From a phage, in sequence record OZ335962.1: a stretch of DNA of 64,000 nt. One strand, given 5' to 3'. The notes below the pieces were generated by a model. It did no database searches. It saw only the letters and a program-made list of their open reading frames with translations, and was not told the DNA's origin. A program made the translations under genes and the position numbers. Positions 35,841-43,980 of the stretch are shown piece after piece. The first letter of the stretch is position 1; each line of letters opens with the position of its first letter.

Positions 35841-36402
35841 ATTTTTCTAATAATAAATCACTTTCAAAATTGGGATTTTCTACGAATTTATCAAAAAGAT
35901 CATCAACAATAGTTAAGATATTCTTTTTACTAAGAATACGCTTATTTTCATATTTTGTTTCAGAGTCAACTATAAGAGTAAAGAAATATTTCTTTCCCTG
36001 AAATTTTACCGTAGTATCAATATAAAATAAATTTGATTTTTGTAAATTACGTTTAAACCATGCATCACTTAAACTATAAACGCCAAGATAATCATAATCG
36101 TCGTTTAAATAACAAACCGTCCATTCAGGAGAAATGAAATCAGTAAATTCAACATCAAAATCACACGTCAATGAATGAATTGATTCAATACTGTTAATGA
36201 GTATTCCAGGACGTATTAAAGACTTTTTACCTCTAGAAAATCTTCCGGAAAGGCTTTCATCAGTTTCATATGAAGACCCCCAATAGTAATTACGTCCTTC
36301 TGCCATGCGTTTAAGAGCATTTAGTAATTGGTCTGGAACATCAACCTGTCTTTGGAACTCTTCAAACATTGAATTGAAATCACTTTGCATTTTCATTTTC
36401 AT
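35788..36402 (-). CDS. Hypothetical protein
   Basis: 204-aa ORF, SD ggag. Confidence 0.5.
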   Translation of the reverse strand: MKMKMQSDFNSMFEEFQRQVDVPDQLLNALKRMAEGRNYYWGSSYETDESLSGRFSRGKKSLIRPGILINSIESIHSLTCDFDVEFTDFISPEWTVCYLNDDYDYLGVYSLSDAWFKRNLQKSNLFYIDTTVKFQGKKYFFTLIVDSETKYENKRILSKKNILTIVDDLFDKFVENPNFESDLLLEKFVKECREYVKAITIPSK

Positions 36403-36421
36403 TCCTATTTACTCCAAGTAT

Positions 36422-36440
36422 AAGGGGCCGAAGCCCCTTA
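36422..36440 (-). terminator. UUCG-tetraloop hairpin
   Basis: RNA GGGGC-UUCG-GCCCC; no clear U-run. Confidence 0.4.
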
Positions 36441-36443
36441 TCA

Positions 36444-37037
36444 TTATTTCAGAGAATTAATGTATTCCTGAACATCGGCAGAGGTAGTTTCAACCCCAGA
36501 AATATTACCATTAAAGGTTTCAACTCGAGCAAGGGTATCTTCAATATCAACCTTAGTCAGTGCTGCAATTTCAACTACATCATCGGCAGTACTAATTCCA
36601 AGGGCATTTGCCGCACGAGTTTCACGGATATATTCCAATTTAACTGCAAGCTCTTGACGAGCATCATCTAACTCAACTACTTTCTTGGCGATTTCAATTC
36701 GCATTTCAGCATAACCGTCAGCCTTAGTAGTCAACTGCTCAGCTGTTCGACGATATAGTAAACCGAGTTTAGCATGCATTGTTACATCTTGGCCTTCGGA
36801 AAGAAGTTTACGAATTTCACGCTCTTTTGATTCGGCCTGTCGATTCTTTTCGATAACAAGTTCACGAATACGTTTTTCTTCGTTAATAGATTTAACAGAA
36901 GCAGTTTTTAGATCTTTAATTTTATCAAGTAGTTTTGCTGCTGCAGCAGTATACTGTTCTTCGACAGATAGATTTTTAGCCATAGCAGAACCAAGTTTAG
37001 TGCGAATAAACTCAACAATTTTCTTCAGTGTGTTCAT
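36444..37037 (-). CDS. Coiled-coil protein (weak PspA/IM30-like pattern)
   Basis: 197 aa, predominantly amphipathic helices; own early promoter 37112-37140; UUCG hairpin after stop. Confidence 0.5.
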   Translation of the reverse strand: MNTLKKIVEFIRTKLGSAMAKNLSVEEQYTAAAAKLLDKIKDLKTASVKSINEEKRIRELVIEKNRQAESKEREIRKLLSEGQDVTMHAKLGLLYRRTAEQLTTKADGYAEMRIEIAKKVVELDDARQELAVKLEYIRETRAANALGISTADDVVEIAALTKVDIEDTLARVETFNGNISGVETTSADVQEYINSLK

Positions 37038-37111
37038 AGTATTTCCTTAGGTTGATTAAGATTTAAAATCCGTAAAAGTAGTATTATACTCTATCATCAA
37101 GTTACAGGCTC

Positions 37112-37140
37112 ATAATATCTCAATCATGAGCCTATGTAAA
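37112..37140 (-). promoter_or_regulatory. Early promoter with inverted repeat
   Basis: Minus strand TTTACA - 17 nt - TATTAT; 8-bp IR aggctcat/atgagcct (37106-37113 / 37126-37133). Confidence 0.5.
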
Positions 37141-37141
37141 C

Positions 37142-37405
37142 TTATTTCATATTATTGAAATATTCTTCTGCGATTTCGTCGTTATCGTGGTAAACTTTAG
37201 AAGACAGTTTAACATAACCTTCTGCTGTGAACATATTAATCACAACCTTTACAGTATACCACTGTCCGTCTTCATTACCCATTACTGCGTAAGTTTCAAA
37301 CATCGGATGGTCAGGACCGATAACTTTAATATCATTCACTGTACGACCGAAATCTTCTGAAACGCATTTCATAAAGAAGTTGAACAGTTCGCCGTAATTA
37401 TCCAT
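37142..37405 (-). CDS. Hypothetical protein
   Basis: ATG 37405-37403 with SD ggag, downstream of promoter 37450-37478; ORF-track start 37459 lies upstream of the predicted start site. Confidence 0.5.
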   Translation of the reverse strand: MDNYGELFNFFMKCVSEDFGRTVNDIKVIGPDHPMFETYAVMGNEDGQWYTVKVVINMFTAEGYVKLSSKVYHDNDEIAEEYFNNMK

Positions 37406-37449
37406 TTCATTCTCCAAGTTGTTTTTCTGTATCAGTAGTTGATAGTTGT

Positions 37450-37478
37450 ATAGTACCATGGAAGAACAGGGATGTAAA
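37450..37478 (-). promoter_or_regulatory. Early promoter
   Basis: Minus strand (G)TTTACA - 17 nt - TACTAT. Confidence 0.55.
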
Positions 37479-37612
37479 CCGTTTTGTGAAAAAATTTTTA
37501 AAAAGTTTTATGGAATTCTGGGGCAGGGAGGGGCAATTAAAAGGTAGGATAATATATTATAAAGGGTATAAACTAAATGATGCCTAGAGAGGCCCGGAAA
37601 GGCCTAGATACC

Positions 37613-37640
37613 AAAAAGCCCCAACCTTTTGGTCGGGGTT
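37613..37640 (-). terminator. Intrinsic terminator (copy 1 of direct-repeat pair)
   Basis: RNA AACCCCGACC-AAAA-GGUUGGGGC + UUUUU; near-identical to 38172-38198. Confidence 0.6.
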
Positions 37641-37647
37641 AAGAATG

Positions 37648-38121
37648 TTATTTGATTTGTTTAGCAGACCAAATGCGGTCTTTAATAATTTTTTGAATGT
37701 CTTCAACATACTCAAGAGAGTGAACGTGTGGATTATCTTTGAAACTATAAGCACGGGCTAACTTTTGGCCTTCGGTTTTGATTACTAAAAGCTCTTTAAG
37801 GATAGCTTCATATTTAGCGATAATTCCTTTAACGATATTTTTTTCTTGTGCCGCTTTAGGATCTGCTTTAGGAGCAGGTTTACCCGAAGGCTTTGCAAAA
37901 GCAGCTCCAGTAGCAACTAAACTTTTCCAGGCCATACTAACTGCATTTCCCGTAAATCCTTCTGCTTTCATGTCGCGAGCAAATTGGAATCGTGATTCGT
38001 CAGAAGCATCTTTATAGGAATATTTACCCGCTGCAATGGCTGCTTTTGCGACAGCTTGAATTTCGGTGCTAGATGCTTCATTTAACACCGCTTCATTTAA
38101 AAATTGAGCATATGATTTCAT
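37648..38121 (-). CDS. Internal-protein-like protein (CTS-like N-terminus) in terminator-flanked cassette
   Basis: 157 aa beginning MKSYAQFLNEAVLNEASSTE; late promoter TATAAATA 38169-38162 and SD aggaa; Ala/Lys-rich. Confidence 0.55.
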   Translation of the reverse strand: MKSYAQFLNEAVLNEASSTEIQAVAKAAIAAGKYSYKDASDESRFQFARDMKAEGFTGNAVSMAWKSLVATGAAFAKPSGKPAPKADPKAAQEKNIVKGIIAKYEAILKELLVIKTEGQKLARAYSFKDNPHVHSLEYVEDIQKIIKDRIWSAKQIK

Positions 38122-38161
38122 CTTATTTCCTGTTTTAATTCGTGGATTTAATATACTACTA

Positions 38162-38169
38162 TATTTATA
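38162..38169 (-). promoter_or_regulatory. Late promoter (TATAAATA) for internal-protein-like gene 37648..38121
   Basis: Exact TATAAATA on minus strand immediately after terminator 38172-38198, 41 nt upstream of ATG 38121. Confidence 0.5.
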
Positions 38170-38171
38170 CT

Positions 38172-38198
38172 AAAAAGCCCCAACCTTTCGGTCGGGGC
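38172..38198 (-). terminator. Intrinsic terminator ending the tRNA/stable-RNA operon (copy 2)
   Basis: RNA GCCCCGACC-GAAA-GGUUGGGGC + UUUUU. Confidence 0.6.
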
Positions 38199-38505
38199 TA
38201 AGCCTTGCGGCAACCTTGTCGGGGTTCCACCTGCTAAGGCAAGTGTTTGTACGAAACGCCGGGATTCGAACCCGGTTATTAAGTAGTTGACGCTACTCAA
38301 TATTTTTAAAAGGCCATATCTCGACCATATCCGAACGTTCCGTCAAAAACGCTACTCGGCTTACGGCAAAGATATTTCCTCGAATCGATAATTCGGTGCG
38401 CCGTTTCAGCTGTGATAGTAAAGAACCAGAACACAGTAAAACTGTGGGAGGAACTATACTCCAGGGAACATCAGTCCGACGACTTACCGGTAACGACCCG
38501 GTTTC
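38199..38505 (-). ncRNA. Candidate stable/structured RNA region with a tRNA-like element (about 38252..38342) ending at an intrinsic terminator
   Basis: Non-coding 300 nt downstream of the tRNA operon; T-arm-like ccgggttcgaatcccgg with flanking pairable acceptor-like strands cggaacg/cgtttcg; no convincing anticodon arm; T4 has species 1/2 RNAs at the equivalent place (recalled). Confidence 0.3.
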
Positions 38506-38856
38506 TTAATATTCTTTTAAAGTATCAATCTGTTCACGACGTTTACGCCATAAATCAATTGCTTCATACGCAGATTCAGCATTTCTAATTAGTCGGCATT
38601 TGTGTAAAGACTTATGATTTTGATATTGTGTAGATAACGGAATTTTATCTAAAAGGTCTTTACGTTCAAAGTATTCATAACCATCTAAGCCAAATGAACG
38701 ATTTTTAAGAAATTGCCAATGACCGTATTCGTTTTCGACATAAACATAATCTGCGTGCTGATAAAGCAAATTAATTACACGTTCAGAAATAACAGTGTCA
38801 TTATGATTAAAATAGAATGTTAAATCATGAACTACTAAATAAACATTACCTTTCAT
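38506..38856 (-). CDS. Hypothetical protein between tRNA cluster and stable-RNA region
   Basis: 116-aa ORF, ATG 17 nt downstream of tRNA-Arg 3' end. Confidence 0.5.
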   Translation of the reverse strand: MKGNVYLVVHDLTFYFNHNDTVISERVINLLYQHADYVYVENEYGHWQFLKNRSFGLDGYEYFERKDLLDKIPLSTQYQNHKSLHKCRLIRNAESAYEAIDLWRKRREQIDTLKEY

Positions 38857-38872
38857 ATTTTCCTCACTTAAT

Positions 38873-38948
38873 TGGTCGAGGCAGTAGGGATCGAACCTAC
38901 GACCCAGGACTTAGAAGGTCCTTGCTCTTCCTTCTGAGCTATGCCTCG
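38873..38948 (-). tRNA. tRNA-Arg (anticodon UCU)
   Basis: 76-nt cloverleaf read by hand: acceptor cgaggca/tgcctcg, anticodon loop cuUCUaa, T-loop ttcgatc, encoded CCA. Confidence 0.85.
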
Positions 38949-38952
38949 GATT

Positions 38953-39027
38953 TGGCGGACGTGATAGGATTCGAACCTATAACCAATCGCTTAACAGGCG
39001 ATCGCTCTGCCATTGAGCTACACATCC
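38953..39027 (-). tRNA. tRNA-Asn (anticodon GUU)
   Basis: 75 nt: acceptor ggatgtg/cacgtcc, anticodon stem atcgc/gcgat loop cuGUUaa, T-loop ttcgaat, encoded CCA. Confidence 0.8.
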
Positions 39028-39031
39028 AAAT

Positions 39032-39118
39032 TGGTGGGGAGTGATGGAGTCGAACCACCCGAGTCGCAATGACAATGGATTTACAGTCCACACCGCTACC
39101 TCTACGGGATAACTCCCC
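39032..39118 (-). tRNA. tRNA-Tyr (anticodon GUA), class II with long variable arm
   Basis: 87 nt: acceptor ggggagt/actcccc, anticodon stem gtgga/tccat loop cuGUAaa, 15-nt variable arm, T-loop ttcgact, encoded CCA. Confidence 0.75.
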
Positions 39119-39127
39119 AAATTAATT

Positions 39128-39202
39128 TGGTGGCCCTGGGTGGAATTGAACCACCATCTGGCGATTATGAGTCGCTTGCTTGAACCTTCCAGCTACAGGG
39201 CC
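39128..39202 (-). tRNA. tRNA-Ile/Met (anticodon CAU)
   Basis: 75 nt: acceptor ggccctg/cagggcc, anticodon loop cuCAUaa, T-stem ggtgg/ccacc, encoded CCA; T4 homolog reads AUA after lysidine modification. Confidence 0.8.
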
Positions 39203-39203
39203 T

Positions 39204-39279
39204 TGGTGCTGATTGACGGAATCGAACCGCCGACCTTCTCATTACAAGTGAGTTGCTCTACCTACTGAGCTAAATCAGC
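39204..39279 (-). tRNA. tRNA-Thr (anticodon UGU)
   Basis: 76 nt: acceptor gctgatt/aatcagc, D-stem gctc/gagc, anticodon loop cuUGUaa, T-loop ttcgatt, encoded CCA. Confidence 0.85.
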
Positions 39280-39284
39280 AAAAC

Positions 39285-39374
39285 TGGCGGAGGCGATAGG
39301 ATTTGAACCTATGAGTCGCCGGAGCGACTGCCGGTTTTCAAGACCGGTGCATTAAACCACTCTGCCACGCCTCC
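39285..39374 (-). tRNA. tRNA-Ser (anticodon UGA), class II
   Basis: 90 nt: acceptor ggaggcg/cgcctcc, anticodon stem ccggt/accgg loop cuUGAaa, long variable arm, T-loop ttcaaat, encoded CCA. Confidence 0.85.
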
Positions 39375-39376
39375 AG

Positions 39377-39450
39377 TCTCCATACAAGGATTTGAACCTT
39401 GGACCTCCTGATCCCAAATCAGGCGCTCTACCAAACTGAGCTACACGGAG
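39377..39450 (-). tRNA. tRNA-Pro (anticodon UGG), CCA not encoded
   Basis: 74 nt to discriminator: acceptor ctccgtg/tatggag (two G-U pairs), anticodon stem cctga/tcagg loop uuUGGga, T-loop ttcaaat; 3' flank is ctg, not CCA. Confidence 0.8.
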
Positions 39451-39460
39451 TAAATTAAAT

Positions 39461-39534
<74 letters not shown>

Positions 39535-39539
39535 AAATT

Positions 39540-39626
39540 TGGTGCGAGAAGTGGGACTCGAACCCACAAGGAAATCATTCCGCAGCATTTTAAGTGCTGT
39601 GCCTTTACCAATTTGACCATTCTCGC
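39540..39626 (-). tRNA. tRNA-Leu (anticodon UAA), class II
   Basis: 87 nt: acceptor gcgagaa/ttctcgc, anticodon stem cagca/tgctg loop cuUAAaa, long variable arm, T-loop ttcgagt, encoded CCA. Confidence 0.85.
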
Positions 39627-39627
39627 G

Positions 39628-39700
39628 CTGGGAATAAAGGACTCGAACCTTTGCATCCTGGAATCAAAATCCAGTGCCTTACCAACTTGGCTAATTCCCA
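39628..39700 (-). tRNA. tRNA-Gln (anticodon UUG), CCA not encoded
   Basis: 73 nt to discriminator: acceptor tgggaat/attccca, anticodon stem ctgga/tccag loop uuUUGau, T-loop ttcgagt; abuts tRNA-Leu 5' end. Confidence 0.8.
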
Positions 39701-39786
39701 ATTATTAACAAAGGCTCTTAAGCAAGAACCCTTGATGATAGAGGGTATTAATCAGTGCGATATGAGTTAATAATAACAAATAATTC

Positions 39787-40302
39787 TTAAAGCAAATTAA
39801 ACATTTTAACGGTCGGCAAAACAATTTCTTCTTCTATATAAGAGTATTTAACACTCTCAACTACACGCAAAAAATCATAATCATAATACTCAGAAGCATT
39901 ACCTAAAATATTAATAAGTCCTTCAAGCACTTTATTACCATTCACAAAAAATAAGTCAAATACACGTTCTTCATCTTCTTCAGATTTATTACCAAGATCA
40001 ACTTCTATGCGAAAGACCTTTTTAATGAATTCTGGATAAAGCTGGTCTGAGAACAGTCCTTCAACCAAGTATTCATAAATAAAAAGAGATTGCTCGCTGA
40101 ACAAACCATTACCGCAATAGCGCTCAATTTTAGTACTAGAATATCTGCTTTTAAATTTCTTTAAAAGATACTGAAATTGTAAGATTTCATGCTCTTCTAC
40201 GCCAAACAGTGTTTTAGTTTTATAGTTGTCACCATCATTTTCCCAGGTAGTGACATCAATTACGTAGCCCTGCGGAATTGTAGTACCTAAACAAATATTC
40301 AT
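39787..40302 (-). CDS. Hypothetical protein
   Basis: 171-aa ORF upstream of tRNA cluster. Confidence 0.5.
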   Translation of the reverse strand: MNICLGTTIPQGYVIDVTTWENDGDNYKTKTLFGVEEHEILQFQYLLKKFKSRYSSTKIERYCGNGLFSEQSLFIYEYLVEGLFSDQLYPEFIKKVFRIEVDLGNKSEEDEERVFDLFFVNGNKVLEGLINILGNASEYYDYDFLRVVESVKYSYIEEEIVLPTVKMFNLL

Positions 40303-40305
40303 TTT

Positions 40306-40596
40306 TCACCACGCTGCGTTAATGTAAGTATATTTAATACATTCAAGACCCAAAGGATTCTTGAAAATATCATATTCAAGAGGACCTTTTTCTGTTTCAA
40401 TAAAGAAATCAAAATTTACTGTATTAAATTTACGTTCTTCCTTCACTAATTTAACTTGAGAAGATGAACGGTCAATGTAAACCTTTTCAACTTCAAAACA
40501 TGTTAAAATGCCATAATCATCAATCAAAGCTTTAGCCGCGTCTTGATCATATTTATATCCATTTTCAATGGATGATACTTTCGCATAAAGAATCAT
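40306..40596 (-). CDS. Hypothetical protein
   Basis: 96-aa ORF. Confidence 0.5.
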   Translation of the reverse strand: MILYAKVSSIENGYKYDQDAAKALIDDYGILTCFEVEKVYIDRSSSQVKLVKEERKFNTVNFDFFIETEKGPLEYDIFKNPLGLECIKYTYINAAW

Positions 40597-40598
40597 TA

Positions 40599-40997
40599 TC
40601 AGCCTTCATCAACAATAGTGTGAGTATTGGCATTTACGATTTGCCACCAATCAAAGCGATTAGAATCCATCGGTTTGTTTTCATTTTCTTTGATAATGTC
40701 ACGGAGTTCATCTTCAGAGAATGCTTTAGCAATTAAATCGGTATACCCACCACGGGGATAATAATTATCACCTGCAAACAAAAGGAAATTTACCTTCCCG
40801 GAAGGAACATATGCTTCCTTAGGATACTTGTTTCCTGCGTGGTCAACCACTTCAATATAACGGTAAGGAATATCGGTTCTTTCAACCCATTGCCATGCCG
40901 CTGCAGGGGAATCGAAAGCATCTACACCTAAACGATTATCTTCATCTTTAGACGGATTATTTTCGTAATCCGCATATACATAATATTCAACGTTCAT
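40599..40997 (-). CDS. Hypothetical protein
   Basis: 132-aa ORF. Confidence 0.5.
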   Translation of the reverse strand: MNVEYYVYADYENNPSKDEDNRLGVDAFDSPAAAWQWVERTDIPYRYIEVVDHAGNKYPKEAYVPSGKVNFLLFAGDNYYPRGGYTDLIAKAFSEDELRDIIKENENKPMDSNRFDWWQIVNANTHTIVDEG

Positions 40998-41182
40998 TAT
41001 TCACCTTTAGAAATTTTATCCATAACAATAGCAATTAAACCAATTAAAAATGCTACTACAAGTGAAAAAACATTTTCTGCCGTAGTCAATAATCCGCATA
41101 TAAATCCAACAAACATTGAAAAACTGAAAGCGGAAGCAGAAATTGCAATAGCAACATTTCGAATTAATTCACAACGTTTCAT
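40997..41182 (-). CDS. Small membrane protein (2 TM helices, 61 aa)
   Basis: ATG 41182-41180 with SD gaggag, downstream of promoter 41211-41239; ORF-track extension overlaps upstream gene. Confidence 0.5.
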   Translation of the reverse strand: MKRCELIRNVAIAISASAFSFSMFVGFICGLLTTAENVFSLVVAFLIGLIAIVMDKISKGE

Positions 41183-41210
41183 TTTATTCTCCTCAGTAGT
41201 TGATAGGGTA

Positions 41211-41239
41211 ATAGTATCACTACCCCATCTAAAAGTAAA
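41211..41239 (-). promoter_or_regulatory. Early promoter
   Basis: Minus strand TTTACT - 17 nt - TACTAT; IR gggta/taccc around -10. Confidence 0.55.
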
Positions 41240-41240
41240 T

Positions 41241-41474
41241 TTATTTTTTACGAAAAATTGATTTATTTTCTGCTGCCCATTTTTCAATAACTGCAGCAGG
41301 ACCAGTAACAACAATTTTATCACCGTAATCTTCTGCGGCGAGTTGACCGAAATTATCTAATGCATCACGAAGAACTCCATGAGGCATTTCACCCATTTTA
41401 TCTTTCTTGCCGGTGTAAATAAACTCAACTTTTACATCAGAAGATTCAGCGATAAATTCTTGATAAGTTTTCAT
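41241..41474 (-). CDS. Internal-protein-I-like small protein with CTS
   Basis: Begins MKTYQEFIAESSDVKVE; ATG 41474-41472 (alternative ATG 41486 adds METK); ORF-track start 41543 lies upstream of promoter 41512-41540. Confidence 0.55.
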   Translation of the reverse strand: MKTYQEFIAESSDVKVEFIYTGKKDKMGEMPHGVLRDALDNFGQLAAEDYGDKIVVTGPAAVIEKWAAENKSIFRKK

Positions 41475-41511
41475 TTTAGTTTCCATTCGATTGTTTTGTT
41501 TTGATAGGGTA

Positions 41512-41540
41512 ATAGTATCACAACTAAAACCGTATGTAAA
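41512..41540 (-). promoter_or_regulatory. Early promoter
   Basis: Minus strand (G)TTTACA - 17 nt - TACTAT; shares 30-nt upstream block gtaaacaactttgtgaaattattttaaatc with promoter 41842-41870. Confidence 0.55.
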
Positions 41541-41553
41541 CAACTTTGTGAAA

Positions 41554-41811
41554 TTATTTTAAATCTTCTAATCGTTTCTTCATCTTAGAACCATTTTTAG
41601 CAATTTCTCCTGCATCGGAGCATAATGCTAAAAGTGCTTTAACTTTCGTTTGGTCTCCTTTAAAAGATGAAGGATCTACTGCAGCAGCAAGTTCTTTAAT
41701 ACGAGAGAAAAGACGCTCAGCTTCAGCTAAAGCCATTCCAAGCTTTACTTCCATACCGTGGGAAGATTCAGTGATAGTAGTTTTTGCAGCAAACTCTTTG
41801 AAAGTTTTCAT
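41554..41811 (-). CDS. Internal-protein-like small protein with CTS-like N-terminus
   Basis: 85 aa beginning MKTFKEFAAKTTITESSHGMEV; SD aggaaa; own promoter 41842-41870. Confidence 0.5.
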   Translation of the reverse strand: MKTFKEFAAKTTITESSHGMEVKLGMALAEAERLFSRIKELAAAVDPSSFKGDQTKVKALLALCSDAGEIAKNGSKMKKRLEDLK

Positions 41812-41841
41812 TTTATTTTCCTAATTAATTTTGATGAGGTA

Positions 41842-41870
41842 ATAGTATCACTACCTCATCAGCATGTAAA
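41842..41870 (-). promoter_or_regulatory. Early promoter inside a 10-bp perfect inverted repeat
   Basis: Minus strand (G)TTTACA - 17 nt - TACTAT; IR tgatgaggta (41832-41841) / tacctcatca (41852-41861) with -10 in the loop. Confidence 0.55.
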
Positions 41871-41883
41871 CAACTTTGTGAAA

Positions 41884-42568
<685 letters not shown>

Positions 42569-42569
<1 letters not shown>

Positions 42570-43294
42570 TATAGTACCTTTAGTGTATTTTTAATTTTAG
42601 AAAAAAGTTCTTCAAGAGAACCATCGTTTGTAATTACTAAATCGCCATCACGAATTGGCAATCCAGCTTCTGTAATATGAGTATCATTGGATTTTTGACC
42701 AGGACGAACTACATGAATTACTGTAGCACCCATCGCCCTAGCCGCATCCATTTCATGATCTTGACGAGTATCAGGAACGATATAATAATCATAACCTGAG
42801 TTAAATTTATCAAGATAATCTAAAGCAAATAATTTTACCCAATACATGCGGTCGAAGTTATTAACAATCAAATCCGTACCTAGGGCTTGCATCAGACGAC
42901 GGATTGACCATTGATCTTCAATATTATTTATAACGTCAGCAATCTTGTTAAATGCTACGAAATTAACTGATTCTTTTCCTTCGTCATCAAAAACAAACAC
43001 ACCTTTAATTGGGCTTTTACTATTAAGATAGCAAAATGCTTGTTCCATAATCGTAATTACTTCTAATTTAGTCAGATTTAAATTAGTCTCACGATCATAG
43101 TCAATTCCTTCAAACTCTCTACGAGTTAAGCAAGGATAGTCAGTGTTTGCTGCAAATACAGACCATGCATAAGCCAATGCATCCTTAATAGGACCAGCAA
43201 GTTGATATTTAACTGCAGAATAATTATTCATGATAAAATCTGCAGTAGTATCTTTTCCACTACGCTTTACACCACTTAAAAAGATTAGTTTCAT
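42569..43294 (-). CDS. 1: Deoxynucleoside monophosphate kinase gp1
   Basis: 241-aa ORF MKLIFLSGVKRSGKDTTADF... (P-loop); matches recalled T4 gp1. Confidence 0.9.
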
Positions 43295-43343
43295 ATGTTT
43301 CTCCTCAAATTTAGTTAAGATTATAACACATGAAACTGAAGCA

Positions 43344-43874
43344 TTAAACTTCTGCTATAATTTTACCATCTTTTTCTACTTGAAAATACGTATAAGGAAT
43401 CGTTGCTGTGCATACTAAAGCTGGGTCTGAATCTTCCGTGTAGCTGAATTCTACTTCAGATAGGTCAGAAACCCAGGGCTTATAAAAATTTATTGACATC
43501 ACGATTTCAGTTTTACTATTATCTAAAATGTAAAGCGTAATGTATTCAGGACCTGTTTTTTGGGCAGTATTTTCACCTGTAAGATAGTTACTAGTTCCTA
43601 GCATCCATTCATACATTCCTATCCACGACTTAAGCTCTTCATCAACTATAAATCTCACGATGAGTGGATCGTACTCAAATGTAACTCCTGGACGTTGTGC
43701 TCTACCTAGTCCAAACGGCCCAGTCACGGTATCAGTAACAGGTATCCTAATTCCTGGAATAGGAACTGACTGAGCATTTAAAGTAAAAGCAGATGTAGTA
43801 TTACTATGCGGTATTGATACTACAAAGTTAGTTGTATTTGCTTGGTTAAAAATTTGTTGTAGTGCTTGCGACAT
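43344..43874 (-). CDS. 3: Tail tube terminator / sheath stabiliser gp3
   Basis: ATG 43874-43872 with SD gaggaa gives 176 aa (T4 gp3 length as recalled); ORF-track N-terminal extension rejected. Confidence 0.75.
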   Translation of the reverse strand: MSQALQQIFNQANTTNFVVSIPHSNTTSAFTLNAQSVPIPGIRIPVTDTVTGPFGLGRAQRPGVTFEYDPLIVRFIVDEELKSWIGMYEWMLGTSNYLTGENTAQKTGPEYITLYILDNSKTEIVMSINFYKPWVSDLSEVEFSYTEDSDPALVCTATIPYTYFQVEKDGKIIAEV

Positions 43875-43980
43875 ATATTCCTCATAATGCTTCATAAATG
43901 TTGGTGGTATAATGGGTCTAAGTCCCTTCCATTCAATTCCAATTAGAACAAACAATAGAAAAGAATGGAAGATAATAGAA

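Noticed and set aside
34343-36402. Apparent conserved C-terminal motif (F-I/V-x-E/D-C-R-K-I/L-K) in consecutive membrane proteins, suggesting a shared domain
   Set aside because: The motif is encoded by the sequence tgyAGGAAAatTAAAATGA, i.e. the SD and start codon of the next gene read in the upstream frame (verified at 34343-34361 and 35083-35100). It reflects RBS overlap, not protein homology.
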